Virus record (IMG/VR): IMGVR_UViG_3300034197_000017 | Location: 19,686-83,685 of that record | From: a virus | Lineage: Duplodnaviria > Caudoviricetes | Direction: 5' to 3' (one strand) | DNA: 64,000 bases | Part shown: positions 20,279-31,250 of the stretch, one piece after another | How positions within the stretch are numbered: the stretch's first letter is position 1 | How the letters are laid out: each line of letters starts with the position of its first letter | Position numbers and translations under genes: made by a program | The notes under the pieces: generated by a model | The model's input: only the letters and a program-made list of their open reading frames with translations | Told to the model about the DNA's origin: nothing | Database searches by the model: none

Positions 20279-20647
20279 TTATCCTATTCTGCTATTCCAA
20301 TAATCTCTACCCGTAGTCTCTAAAACAGGGTCATCAAACATTCTAGTGCTATGAGGAGGAGTAGAATTACCAGGTCTAGCTAGAAAACCTCCCATTGCAG
20401 ACTGGTTTTGTTTTCCTCTAGATACAGACTTCAAATCCATAATCCCTAATTGCTGTTGTCTATTCTTATAGCCATTAGTTATAGACTTTAGTAATCCCTG
20501 TTTAGGAATTTCACCTCTAACAGCATTTGCCAATCCCTGAGCTACTATTCCAGTGTCATTTGCTACTCTATTCCAGAGCCAACTAGCTCCAGACTGATTA
20601 GGTAATGGAGCTGCAAAATCAGCATATTTTTGTTTGTTAATGAGCAT
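20279..20647 (-). CDS. Hypothetical basic Gly/Asn/Gln-rich protein
   Basis: 122 aa ORF downstream of the portal. Confidence 0.5.
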   Translation of the reverse strand: MLINKQKYADFAAPLPNQSGASWLWNRVANDTGIVAQGLANAVRGEIPKQGLLKSITNGYKNRQQQLGIMDLKSVSRGKQNQSAMGGFLARPGNSTPPHSTRMFDDPVLETTGRDYWNSRIG

Positions 20648-20686
20648 ATAAATTTAATATGTTTTTATATTTATATTCTCGCATAA

Positions 20687-22261
20687 TTAAGCATTAGCTG
20701 GGTAATCCTCTGTTTGTTGTTGTTGCATAGCCTGTTGTTGCATAGCTGGGTCAGTTAACATCTGTGCCTGCTGTTGTACCTGAATATCTGATAATTGGGT
20801 TTGTTTTATCTGATTTTGAATCTGGAGTAGCTCTAATTGAGATTGAACTTCCTTCTGTATTCTCTTATTAATCTCATCATTCTGCTTATCATTCTTATCT
20901 GTCTCAGTAAGAGCTGGTAAGCCTAGATTCTTACGAATTAGACCTAATACCTCAACGTCATTCATATCCAGAATCCCACTGGCAATTAGTGAGCTAATGG
21001 TGGATAGACGACTATTGATGATATTTTGGTCTTCCTCTACATCAAAAATAAATTCTCCATAGTTATTCTTAAACCATTCAAAGGGGAAGTTGAAGTATAG
21101 TAACTTCTTAATTACTTTTTTAGTTAATTCTTCCTTTAATAGCGTAGTAAGAGCAAAAATAGTACTATCAAATACAGATTTATAGTTCTGTGATAGTCCT
21201 ACATTCTGCATTCCATTCATTCCAGAGTCAAATATCCCCACAGGGACTCCGAAACTCATTTGAATGGCTCTATCCAGATAGTTCAGTACGTATTCCCAGA
21301 ATCTCTCATCGTTCTGGACTTGAATTCTATTAATCTCAACATCAATATCTGTAACTACAAAATCCTTCTTATATAAGTCCTGTAGCTGGTAGTGAAGGGC
21401 TAACTGTTTGGTTACTTCAATAGGTTTACCAGTATTGTCCTTCAGCGGTTGCATCTTGCTATCTACTAGCAACGTCCTACCACTATTGGGGGTTTTAGCG
21501 TGGATAATACCTGTGGAATTGTTCTTAGTGGCTAATGCTAGCTGAGTCAGGACAACTCTCTTGAGTTTATAGTAGTTATTTGCCGCAATTCCGTCACCTA
21601 CACCAAATAATTCTTTTTCGTTAAATGTAATACCTGAATTATTAATTAAATGTAGACATTTCTTATATGGAATCTTAATTATATTTCCATTTCCATTGTC
21701 ATATTCTATATAGTCTACTTTTCCACCTTTTCCACAAAAGGAATTTATCTTAGATGGGTCAAGGACATTAAATCTAGCTAATCTCCACTGTCCTCGATAT
21801 CCTCTAATTTTAGAGGAGAATGTAACCTCTATAACACAGAATCCATAGAGGATGGTGTTAGATATAATCTTAAATAATGTTTGCTTAAAGGATTTTGATA
21901 AGGTTTCAATATTTGAGTTAACGAAGCTCTCAATTTCCTTCTTAGGGTGAGTATACTTACCAAAACTGGATACAGCTCTCAGTGCTTTCAATGCAACACA
22001 TTTGGAGGCTACTGGGTCACGTTCAACCATATCTGTCAATTCCTTGATAGATGGTCTAGATTCCCCTGAAGGATAGGCTAGCTGAGTAATTGTAGTGCTA
22101 GTAAGAGCATTTATTTCTGTAGAGTACATCCCCTGTGCAAACACATTTAATGGTTGGGGGGTATTTTCAAATATCAACCTATCATTAGGTATTTTTGAAC
22201 CATTCTTACTGTTCAAGTAAGAGTCGCTTAGTAAGTCTAATAAATCTGTATAATTAGCCAC
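20687..22261 (-). CDS. Portal protein (DUF935 / Mu gp29-like)
   Basis: MVERDPVASKC..., NTILYGFCVIEV, YLDRAIQMSFGVP and LIRKNLGLP match the DUF935 portal pattern; 524 aa with Gln-rich tail. Confidence 0.8.
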   Translation of the reverse strand: MANYTDLLDLLSDSYLNSKNGSKIPNDRLIFENTPQPLNVFAQGMYSTEINALTSTTITQLAYPSGESRPSIKELTDMVERDPVASKCVALKALRAVSSFGKYTHPKKEIESFVNSNIETLSKSFKQTLFKIISNTILYGFCVIEVTFSSKIRGYRGQWRLARFNVLDPSKINSFCGKGGKVDYIEYDNGNGNIIKIPYKKCLHLINNSGITFNEKELFGVGDGIAANNYYKLKRVVLTQLALATKNNSTGIIHAKTPNSGRTLLVDSKMQPLKDNTGKPIEVTKQLALHYQLQDLYKKDFVVTDIDVEINRIQVQNDERFWEYVLNYLDRAIQMSFGVPVGIFDSGMNGMQNVGLSQNYKSVFDSTIFALTTLLKEELTKKVIKKLLYFNFPFEWFKNNYGEFIFDVEEDQNIINSRLSTISSLIASGILDMNDVEVLGLIRKNLGLPALTETDKNDKQNDEINKRIQKEVQSQLELLQIQNQIKQTQLSDIQVQQQAQMLTDPAMQQQAMQQQQTEDYPANA

Positions 22262-22311
22262 TGAAAATATCTATATACTTTAATTAATGCCTATATTATA
22301 ACCTGCCTACA

Positions 22312-23088
22312 ATGACTACTGAGAGCACTATTTTTAGATTGGATACTTATATCTATGCTTCACCTAGATATCATGCTTTTTCTAACCTAGAAACCTACAT
22401 TCTTCCAAATAATTACTCAAATTATGACAATACAAATAGAACCTACGATAAATACTTCCCTTGCTATGTACTTACTAGCTCTGATATCCCTACAATTCAG
22501 ATTACAGACCAAGAAAATAAAATATCTGAGTTAAAGGGGGATATTGTCTTACAGCAAAAGACCCATAAGAAGAATGGTAAAAGAATAGGTAAAAAGACTA
22601 ACCCAGATAGGCCATTTAATTATGGATTAGAGGATAGGACAGTTTATTACTCGGAATTCAGCTCACCTAAACTCCATCCTGGATGGTCTATACTTCAAAC
22701 AGCAGTAAAGACAGTAGATGATGTCACTACCTATACCCCTTATCTACTCATCAGAGCATTAGGAAATAATACCTCGTTAGAAAATTATTTTAGTACCGAT
22801 GTGAAGGATTCAGATACCTCTATAGAGGATTATTCTATTGGGACTATTATAAAAAATAAGAAAAAATACTGGAAATGTATTGGGACTACCAAATCACTTC
22901 CTACTGGAACTACTGACTCTAATTGGGAGCAAATTAATTTACCTACTAACGTATTTAATGCTGATGTCTATGGGGTAATGGGAAATAACATTAAATATAT
23001 GAAACAGGTCACTAGTAAGAGAAAATTCAATCCTATTGGTGATACAACTCTAATTACTTGGAATGTTTCTTACTTTGAAAGTAGATAA
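22312..23088 (+). CDS. Probable virion protein with C-terminal carbohydrate-binding-like module
   Basis: DYSIGTIIKNKKKYWKC...PTGTTDSNWEQI resembles CBM5/12-type modules. Confidence 0.45.
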   Translation: MTTESTIFRLDTYIYASPRYHAFSNLETYILPNNYSNYDNTNRTYDKYFPCYVLTSSDIPTIQITDQENKISELKGDIVLQQKTHKKNGKRIGKKTNPDRPFNYGLEDRTVYYSEFSSPKLHPGWSILQTAVKTVDDVTTYTPYLLIRALGNNTSLENYFSTDVKDSDTSIEDYSIGTIIKNKKKYWKCIGTTKSLPTGTTDSNWEQINLPTNVFNADVYGVMGNNIKYMKQVTSKRKFNPIGDTTLITWNVSYFESR

Positions 23089-23101
23089 ACACAGTAAAAC
23101 C

Positions 23102-23131
23102 AGAGTTAGTAATTAACTCTTTTCTAACGGG
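23102..23131. terminator. Hairpin between convergent genes, abutting a minus-strand CCCGTTAGAAAA motif
   Basis: AGAGTTA-gtaat-TAACTCT followed by TTTCTAACGGG. Confidence 0.5.
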
Positions 23132-23149
23132 AAGAATATTGTATTTATT

Positions 23150-24055
23150 CTATGCTTGGGAGACTGAAAGATTATTTAGTTCACTTCTTCTTCTTCTCAT
23201 AGAAGTAAGAGTATGTAGAGGTTCGTAGATATAGGTATGGAGTTTATATAGTAATCCATCTTTGATAAAGAATTTACCTAAGTCAGTACTATATTCTTCT
23301 CTCATCAATTCTCTATCAATGAAGTTATCTTTGCTAGTGATTGCCAATCTAACCTTTTTAATAGAGCTTTTTCTTAATCTATTTTTAATAGTACTAGGAT
23401 GTCTACCCAACTTGGCAGCAATCCCAGACTGAGAACATCCATATTTAAGAAATGAATAATCAGTCAGCATAGTAATCACTGAACCTAGCTTTTTAGTAAT
23501 TTGAATAAACCCATTTACCCCTGTGCATAGTTCAGAGGGTGTATTATCTAAATTAATATCAGTCTTAGATTCAATATAAGAGTCTACCATAGCAAAAATC
23601 TTCTCTGGACTCTTAAGCTTCTTAAAGAAGTTCTTATATCCAGAGTTAATATATTTCTGTTTGGCGGCATTAATAGAACTAGCTTGTAGAGCTTGTGCTG
23701 TAATCTCAGTGGCTTGTAACTTAAGTGTTTTTAAGTCAGATACTAAAATCTCAGCAGTACTTCCCCAATTACTAATCCCGTAGTTAATACAGACATGGAG
23801 TAGACTTTGTAAATATACAGTAACTCTATCTTTTTCTCTAATATAAGCTCTAAATAAGCCACCTTTTTTACCCTGATATAACCATTTTCTAACGGTTCTC
23901 TCAGAGACTTCTAAAGTGTTACTAATATCAGAGATAGAAAAGGTAGCCTTACCATTATCTGATAAAGCTCTACATACATACCAAAGTTTGCTGATAGAGC
24001 CAACCCTATCAGCAATAATGCTATGTAATCTTACTCCTCTATCCCCTAATAACAC
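23150..24055 (-). CDS. Protein with two helix-turn-helix motifs (regulator or replication initiator-like)
   Basis: SISDISNTLEVSERTVRKWL and SQSGIAAKLGRHPSTIKNRL. Confidence 0.55.
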   Translation of the reverse strand: MLLGDRGVRLHSIIADRVGSISKLWYVCRALSDNGKATFSISDISNTLEVSERTVRKWLYQGKKGGLFRAYIREKDRVTVYLQSLLHVCINYGISNWGSTAEILVSDLKTLKLQATEITAQALQASSINAAKQKYINSGYKNFFKKLKSPEKIFAMVDSYIESKTDINLDNTPSELCTGVNGFIQITKKLGSVITMLTDYSFLKYGCSQSGIAAKLGRHPSTIKNRLRKSSIKKVRLAITSKDNFIDRELMREEYSTDLGKFFIKDGLLYKLHTYIYEPLHTLTSMRRRRSELNNLSVSQA

Positions 24056-24073
24056 TTAATTTTAATTTATATT

Positions 24074-24283
24074 TTAGATATTACTGTACCTGCTATATAA
24101 TACGATATCTTCTAGGGGAATGTCAAGAGTCCACTCTTCCCTACCTCTATGTGCCTGCTGAGCTTCAAAAAATAGATTTCTAGTTGTACTATCATAGATT
24201 TTTTTGATAAATTGCATTTTTTCTTGGAAGTCTAGATAGTAATACTCCTCTTGTGGACTTTTAAGAATATTTAGAATTTCCAT
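24074..24283 (-). CDS. Hypothetical protein
   Basis: 69 aa ORF coupled to upstream tail genes. Confidence 0.45.
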   Translation of the reverse strand: MEILNILKSPQEEYYYLDFQEKMQFIKKIYDSTTRNLFFEAQQAHRGREEWTLDIPLEDIVLYSRYSNI

Positions 24284-26241
24284 GTTTTTACTATAGTTCC
24301 CTCTTCATCGTAAGATGTGGCTAGACATTCGTTGTTAGTAGATATTGTAACATCTAGTAAGTCAGCATCCCAGAATCCATTAGGAAATAAATGAGGAGTA
24401 TTAACTAAGTCTGCCTTCATATTGGGTGTAGGTTCTCTAACTATCACAGATTCTCCATCATTTACCCCTATATTTACCATCCCAATATTGATAGACTGTA
24501 ATGCCCCTCCTCCAAGAGCACCAATCATTTCTGAATATAGTAACTGGTTGGATTGCTGTCTACTTAATTCATCATTACCTAACCCACCACCAGTAATAGA
24601 CCCTCCTGTGTAGCCCGCTAGCTCCATTGCTGAGTCAGAGCCAAAACTCCTATCATAATAAGCTCCTGAAGCTCCTACATTGAATGGATTTAGCTCATAG
24701 TAATACACCCCATCATGACCCATTAGAGGGGGATTTAGATATTGAATTAAAAACTGTAATCTACCTGAAACTATATTGAAAAATCCAGTTTGGGGGTTGG
24801 GTAAGGAATCCCAAGTAGTTACTACTTTATTCCTATCCTGATAGATTTGCCCTAAATCTAACATTTCCCCTATTTGAGCCTTAATTCCAGTACTTTTAGC
24901 GAGGCTATACCGTTTAGTGTCTCCATAAGGAGTAATGCTGAGCACTTTTCCGTAAGAAAACCAGAATTTATAGTAGTCAGAATAGTCATATCCCCTACTT
25001 CCTGCTGATGTCTGTATCTCAAATGGATGGTTTATCTCACCCAGAGCTGAACCTAGCTCAATAGAGATGTAATTGGAGCTATTGAAGCTACTACAGAGGA
25101 TAGGTATAGGTATTCCAGTAGCTTTAGCAGGTCTAATTACGTTAGTATCCATAGAAATGCTGGAGATGGATAGTCTAGCAGCATCTGTACCATAGTCAGG
25201 GGATTGGAAGGGGCTATTTACCTTATAGTTAGTGTTTCCTACATAAGTAGCAGACCCTTTACTATATTCCTGTCTATTAACCTCTTGAATATCACCATTT
25301 TCTACCCTATAGGTCAAATCCAGTTGATAGGAGTGTGTTCTAGTAGTCTTTATCACTCCAGATGATAAAAACTCATTTAGGTCTGTTTTTTGATTAAACT
25401 CTCTAACTCTTTCATTTAGTTTCAAACTACCTCTATTCCAAGTAAAGGAGGAGCTAGGGGTGATTGAGTAAGCTACTATACAAGAGTTTCCTGTCCCTTG
25501 AAACTCATTCCCAGCTACAATATATTCACTTTGTAAATAAGGTTTGACGTTAGAGAATACAGGAATCCTATCTAATGGATTTATATGAGATGCAGACCAA
25601 GTTCCCCCACCTAAATATTTTAAGTTGGAAATATCAAAATTAAATTCAAAATAGCTACTCAAAGCACTGCTATCTAGGACGTAATCCAGTCTAGTAGCAG
25701 TATCTGGAGTTGAATTATCAATATGATAGATTCTCCATTGTTGGGTAAATGAGCCATCAGGAGTAGTCTTTTTGCTAACGCTATGGCAACCAGTAATTAT
25801 CCAATCATCCTTACCCTCTCCTGTAGCGATAACATACCATTGACATAAGGTAGATGGAGATTTGTAGATATAGACTGGTTTTTGAATTCCATACAAATCC
25901 TCATCTATAAAAACACCGTATGTTTGATTTAAGTCATTTTCAGACAGTACTATAGGAGATGGGAAACTTACAGAGAATCCACTCCTAATTGCTGCTGCAT
26001 TAACTCTAGTTTTTTGAGCTTCAATTTGAGCCTGAACTTCCTCGATAGAAAAGTTAGTAAGTTTTCTAACTGTTACTAACTTAAAGTCATGGTTTTTACT
26101 ATCTTTTCTAGGGTTACGTTTAGTGGTAATATCACTTCTGGTTAACGCTCTAGGATTCAGTAAAAATTCTTTATTGTCCTTGTCTCTCATATAGACAGAA
26201 CCTGTATTGTCCTGTCTTAAGGTAGGTCTAATATCAGTCAT
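24271..26241 (-). CDS. Tail/baseplate-associated structural protein
   Basis: 656 aa aromatic/Ser/Gly-rich beta protein in the minus-strand structural block. Confidence 0.5.
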   Translation of the reverse strand: MTDIRPTLRQDNTGSVYMRDKDNKEFLLNPRALTRSDITTKRNPRKDSKNHDFKLVTVRKLTNFSIEEVQAQIEAQKTRVNAAAIRSGFSVSFPSPIVLSENDLNQTYGVFIDEDLYGIQKPVYIYKSPSTLCQWYVIATGEGKDDWIITGCHSVSKKTTPDGSFTQQWRIYHIDNSTPDTATRLDYVLDSSALSSYFEFNFDISNLKYLGGGTWSASHINPLDRIPVFSNVKPYLQSEYIVAGNEFQGTGNSCIVAYSITPSSSFTWNRGSLKLNERVREFNQKTDLNEFLSSGVIKTTRTHSYQLDLTYRVENGDIQEVNRQEYSKGSATYVGNTNYKVNSPFQSPDYGTDAARLSISSISMDTNVIRPAKATGIPIPILCSSFNSSNYISIELGSALGEINHPFEIQTSAGSRGYDYSDYYKFWFSYGKVLSITPYGDTKRYSLAKSTGIKAQIGEMLDLGQIYQDRNKVVTTWDSLPNPQTGFFNIVSGRLQFLIQYLNPPLMGHDGVYYYELNPFNVGASGAYYDRSFGSDSAMELAGYTGGSITGGGLGNDELSRQQSNQLLYSEMIGALGGGALQSINIGMVNIGVNDGESVIVREPTPNMKADLVNTPHLFPNGFWDADLLDVTISTNNECLATSYDEEGTIVKTWKF

Positions 26242-26243
26242 AT

Positions 26244-29200
26244 TTAGCTAATAGGTAAAGGTAGGGTAGGTACATTAAAATCAGAAGTATATCTACAAAC
26301 TCCCTTAGTTATTCTTAAACTCTGTAAATATCCTGTAAATCTACCAATACTATACCCTAAATCAAAATCGGTACTAAATCCCACATTCCTAATCTTATCT
26401 TCCTGCTTGCCATCTATATATAAATAGGTATATTTAGTGGTATTACAAATTGCTATATGTATCCAGCTAAATGCATCTATATCTTCAGCTATAGCAGGCA
26501 TAGAGTAAGCGTCATTCTTATATAATCTAATCGAACTCTCATCTAATACATAATACAATTTAGGATTATTGGCATTGGTCAGTAACCCAGTCATTAATGT
26601 ACCTGTTCCACCAGTAATAGAGTTATCTACTACACCATCCCCTCCACCACTAGGAGGAATTACTTTTTCTAACTGGTCTATATTTCCTACCTCTAAGTAT
26701 TTCAACTCTACAACCCTATCTGTATAGGAATATAGTGGTTTAGTAAATTCTTCATCTAGAGCTACATCTAAGCTATAAACTAAGGCAGGATAATTATATT
26801 CCCATTCAGGAATAAATCCTTTACTTCCAACTAGCTCAGTTTCTTTTAATTTTGGTGAATTTAGAGTAATACCACTGGATATGTCCAAAGTAGTTAGACT
26901 TCCATCAACTATCTTATTCTTATATCCTGGAACATAGTTAGAAAAATTAGATAATGTCGAAATATCCAATAGATAGTTATCTGCCTCTGATACCTCACTC
27001 CAATTTATAGAGAAACTATCAGTAGTGATATTACTTGCGGGTAAAGCAGTAGGATTATTTAACTTTAATATGCTTGATTTATTAATATATAGATAAAATT
27101 CTATGGTGTAGTCAATGTTGTTAGGTAAATTTTGATTTAATGAGAAATTTATACTACTATTAACCCCATTGAAATATAAAGACTTAGCCAATCCAGATGG
27201 ACTAGTTACAGTGCTTATCTCTACATTATTGACTGTAAGACCTATTCCATAATCAGATAAATCTACAATCGAATTGGAAGTAGGTTGAATCAGTAATAAA
27301 ACATTATCCCAGCTAACATCTGGACTATAGCTAGGTATGATTACATCTCTAGTAAGGGTATTACTGACTAGATTTGAATTACCAGCTAAATCCTCTATCT
27401 GACCAGCATCTATTTTTACCGATATCTCCCCATTGCTACTGCCTATAAGCTCTAAACTGTAGGAAATATCTGAGTACTTAATTAAATTACTAACGAATCC
27501 ATTAGTAACAGTGAAATTATCCACTGTAATACCTCTACAAGGCTCTGTAAGCCCTACTATTACTTCTATGTGAGGATTAGTATTGTTAGGTTCTAGTGTC
27601 GTTATAGAGACTTCTAGAGGGCTATTATCAACAAATACCTGACTATTATTTGTAGTCTGAGTAAATGTTGCATTAGGTATACCAGGTTGGTTAGAGATAG
27701 CGATGGAGAATGGTATTTCTTGGTCTAAATCAGATTCTAATACTGTATAGGTAGCGGTATAGGAGTTATACTCCCCTACTGTAACTCCCACAGTAGAACC
27801 TAAAATATGAACTACTGGAGTTTGAGCCAATGGCAGAATAGAAGTGAACTTAAGAGTTATAGTATCTCCAGTAATAGCTACAGAGGAAGTAGAGTTACTA
27901 CTATAGATAGAGATATAGCTTAATAATTCAGTCTCTTCTATAATATTCGGCATTACAGAATAAGGTAAAGAGGGAATATTAACTTGATAGGCAGTATATA
28001 GAGCCTTACCGTAAGTCAATCTAACGTTAGATAGGTAGTAGGCATTATCGTTAACTCTATTTGGATAATATCCTACATATAAATCCCCTTTAGTGATATC
28101 AATAGGGGTATCAGATTGAATAATCTCCTGCCTTATCCCATTCCTATAGAATCTATAGGTATTTCCCTTCTTAGAGATAGCGAAATGAGGGTATTTTTGA
28201 ATTTGACTATATGCATTATTTGTCCACTCTACAAAAGTAGGTGTATCTATATCTTTAATGGTTATAGAGGAGAATATATTAGTAGAGTTACTTATAGTTC
28301 TCTGTACTCTTAGATTTCCATCGTTAGCCACAATACAGAAGCCAGTAGATGCATTTTCTACCGAGAGTATATGTGATACTTTATTGTTTATTTTGCTATT
28401 AATTCTGAGATAGAATTCAATAGTCCAGTCAGTTGATAGTTCTTCGGTAATTAGTGAACCGATAGAATCTAAATTATCGTACTTTAATCCTCCCTGCTCC
28501 AGTAAGGGGTTGACATCTAAACTAGAGCTAGTACCTAGAGGATAGACCACGTTAGAAAACTGAGTGGTATTGGGTACTATTTCCTCTAACTCAAGTCTAT
28601 TTGGACTGAAATCTCCATATAAGACACTAGTATTTAGAGGTAGCTGTAATATATCAAAGGATTCGCTGTAGATTCTTACTAACCTATTACTTTTTACTGA
28701 CAATGTTCCAGTAGCTGTAATACCAGTACCTTCTAGAGCCTGTATTGTAATTACACCATCTTTAATCGGCTCTATAGTTACTTGGTATATATAATTACTT
28801 TCATCTATTATTCTGCTATCAACTAGGAATCCATTCGATATGCCAATATTTTCAGGATTAAACTCACTTATAGCCCCAATAAAACTAATAGTAACTATAA
28901 AGCTATTCCTAACATAAGGATTACTTCCTGAAGTTAATACTGGTATAGGTGCTGCTTTATTAATTAAGTAAGTATCACCTTCAAAATTAAGTTCCCCTGA
29001 TTGATTAGATATAAAGTTATTAGTACCTTTGTATTTAACAGTTTTTCTATCTAGGAAATTTAAGGTCAACGAACCGTTACCTATACCCGAATCTGCTACA
29101 ACTCTATATTCGTAGTCAGATAGTTCAGTAATAGATGTCAAGGTAGCTCCACTGATACCATCCAATTGTACTAAGGTAAAGTCAGCTAAGACCAAGGAAT

Positions 29201-31250
29201 CTACTGGGTTATTGATGTAGACAATCCAAGACACAGACTGAGATGCTGTTGATACATTCAGGTCTGTCTTAGCGATATCAATCACCCTGACTCTAGCAGG
29301 AGCTAATTTATCTACCTCTAAGGCTAATGGCTGTAGTGAGGCATCATAACTAAAAGTATTAGCTAAAATAGTTGAGTATCTAGCAATATTCGTTACCCTC
29401 ACCCCTTTAATACCAAAACCCAGTCTAGCTAGAGATTCACTACCTCTCTTCCCAAAAATAGTTTCGTGGATACCCCCTAGAGTAAGTTCTAGATTATTGG
29501 AACTTTGATAAATAGTATCAGTGAAGGATATAGAGCTAATTACTGAACCATTTCTCAAGAAATATAGTACATTATTATATTTTTGAATTGCAATATGTAG
29601 GTTAGGTTCACTATAAGCAAAATTTACAGGTATAGTCTGATTTTCTAACGAGGGTATTTCATATCCAAATTTCTTATCGTATTGAGGATAGAATTTAATT
29701 TCTGTATCCGGTAAGACCTTAGCGGGAATTGATGTTCCTGAATTCCAGTTGATATTTGCTTGTGAAACATAAGTATTCCAGCTATCTCCATCACTAGATA
29801 TTTTTACAAAGAAATATAGTCCTGATATATACCAATCAACATTAAATTCATGGATTATTTTACATCCAATCTCTATCCCCTTTTTATTGGAAGAATTTAA
29901 CTTTAATAATGTTATTTCTCTTTCAAATTGACCATTAATTCCATCAATATTATAGGTTTCAAAGAATAATTGAATTAAGGATTGTTTGCTGGCATCATCG
30001 GATAGATAATAAGGGGATGAATTAACATATGGAGCTAAGAAAAACTCTAAAGTGAATTCATCTGAGTTAAATGTTACAGGAATATTCTTAGTGGTTAGTG
30101 TATTAATACCATCAATATAGAGAAATCCGGTAGAAAATGGTACTGATTGTCTCAGTAGAGATTGATTCGTAAAATGAGCTAGATTCTGGGAGTAATCATA
30201 CCTATCGTAATTTAGTGGAATATTAAATAAAGTCTCATCGTAATAATCATCAATCTTATTTTGATTTGAGCTATTTAGGAAAGGTAATTTTATTGAGTAA
30301 AAGGATTGAGGATATCTTGCTGCTTTAGTCAGTCTCAGATTGGAAATCCCACCAGAAAATGAGGTATCAATAGATTGTGCAGAACTAAAGTAAGCTGCCG
30401 TCCCATCTCTAGGTCTTAATGCTAGATGACTACCTATTCTCAGTCTATTTTCATAGGTATTCTCATTATTCGCTAATTCCAATGTTAAATCATGGTTGAA
30501 GCTATAGGTATTAGTTAGCTGATTATTTACAAAACAACGTAACTCATTACCGATTCTCTGTAATGCAACATGATACCAAGTTTTTCTAACTATATTGACT
30601 GTATTGATTTTATAGGAAGTACCGTGAGTTATGAATACTAAATCATTTCTATCAAGAAATACTCCATATCCCTTAGCAGACCCTGAATTAGGGGTATATG
30701 GGGTATATACAGTAGCTATATTATCAACATTTAACTGTACTTGAACATACTGTAAGCAACTTCCAACATGGAATATTGTTTGATAGCTCCAAGGCAAACT
30801 CACCTCATCTGCAAAAAAGCTAAATTCTATACTCCACTCACTATTACCTAGAGAATGATAGTCATTACCATTCTGTAATATCTCTAAATAGCTAGGTGTT
30901 ATTGTAGCTGAGGCTATATTTGAGTTAATTTCAGCAATTCTAGAGATATGGTTAGTTCTATTATTGATATAACCATAACTCTCTACTGAGATATCAGAGG
31001 TACTAGGAAATGTAGGATAATTTGCTGTGTTATAGTCAAATATTCTAAAATTTGATTCTATGTTAGTCCCTATTAGCTCTCTGACTTGATATTGATACTT
31101 ACTATAGTCTCTATAGAATGGTAAACCTTTAGTATTAGTTTCTTTGTCAAACTTACATAAAAGTATTACTTCATTCCAATAAGGGTCAGATGTTATAGTC
31201 TCAATAGTTGAACTAGTGAGTAAGAACTGTACTAACTGATTTATATTCAT
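26244..31250 (-). CDS. Giant multi-domain tail adhesin (LamG/ConA-like, Ig-like and FN3 domains)
   Basis: Three LamG-like repeats (WSIEF..WYHVALQR..LRLTKAARY; FTLEF..; WTIEF..LTYGKALY), Ig-like repeats (FIVTISF..ENIGISNG) and FN3-like segments (ASNITTDSFSINWSEV). Confidence 0.75.
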   Translation of the reverse strand: MNINQLVQFLLTSSTIETITSDPYWNEVILLCKFDKETNTKGLPFYRDYSKYQYQVRELIGTNIESNFRIFDYNTANYPTFPSTSDISVESYGYINNRTNHISRIAEINSNIASATITPSYLEILQNGNDYHSLGNSEWSIEFSFFADEVSLPWSYQTIFHVGSCLQYVQVQLNVDNIATVYTPYTPNSGSAKGYGVFLDRNDLVFITHGTSYKINTVNIVRKTWYHVALQRIGNELRCFVNNQLTNTYSFNHDLTLELANNENTYENRLRIGSHLALRPRDGTAAYFSSAQSIDTSFSGGISNLRLTKAARYPQSFYSIKLPFLNSSNQNKIDDYYDETLFNIPLNYDRYDYSQNLAHFTNQSLLRQSVPFSTGFLYIDGINTLTTKNIPVTFNSDEFTLEFFLAPYVNSSPYYLSDDASKQSLIQLFFETYNIDGINGQFEREITLLKLNSSNKKGIEIGCKIIHEFNVDWYISGLYFFVKISSDGDSWNTYVSQANINWNSGTSIPAKVLPDTEIKFYPQYDKKFGYEIPSLENQTIPVNFAYSEPNLHIAIQKYNNVLYFLRNGSVISSISFTDTIYQSSNNLELTLGGIHETIFGKRGSESLARLGFGIKGVRVTNIARYSTILANTFSYDASLQPLALEVDKLAPARVRVIDIAKTDLNVSTASQSVSWIVYINNPVDSLVLADFTLVQLDGISGATLTSITELSDYEYRVVADSGIGNGSLTLNFLDRKTVKYKGTNNFISNQSGELNFEGDTYLINKAAPIPVLTSGSNPYVRNSFIVTISFIGAISEFNPENIGISNGFLVDSRIIDESNYIYQVTIEPIKDGVITIQALEGTGITATGTLSVKSNRLVRIYSESFDILQLPLNTSVLYGDFSPNRLELEEIVPNTTQFSNVVYPLGTSSSLDVNPLLEQGGLKYDNLDSIGSLITEELSTDWTIEFYLRINSKINNKVSHILSVENASTGFCIVANDGNLRVQRTISNSTNIFSSITIKDIDTPTFVEWTNNAYSQIQKYPHFAISKKGNTYRFYRNGIRQEIIQSDTPIDITKGDLYVGYYPNRVNDNAYYLSNVRLTYGKALYTAYQVNIPSLPYSVMPNIIEETELLSYISIYSSNSTSSVAITGDTITLKFTSILPLAQTPVVHILGSTVGVTVGEYNSYTATYTVLESDLDQEIPFSIAISNQPGIPNATFTQTTNNSQVFVDNSPLEVSITTLEPNNTNPHIEVIVGLTEPCRGITVDNFTVTNGFVSNLIKYSDISYSLELIGSSNGEISVKIDAGQIEDLAGNSNLVSNTLTRDVIIPSYSPDVSWDNVLLLIQPTSNSIVDLSDYGIGLTVNNVEISTVTSPSGLAKSLYFNGVNSSINFSLNQNLPNNIDYTIEFYLYINKSSILKLNNPTALPASNITTDSFSINWSEVSEADNYLLDISTLSNFSNYVPGYKNKIVDGSLTTLDISSGITLNSPKLKETELVGSKGFIPEWEYNYPALVYSLDVALDEEFTKPLYSYTDRVVELKYLEVGNIDQLEKVIPPSGGGDGVVDNSITGGTGTLMTGLLTNANNPKLYYVLDESSIRLYKNDAYSMPAIAEDIDAFSWIHIAICNTTKYTYLYIDGKQEDKIRNVGFSTDFDLGYSIGRFTGYLQSLRITKGVCRYTSDFNVPTLPLPIS

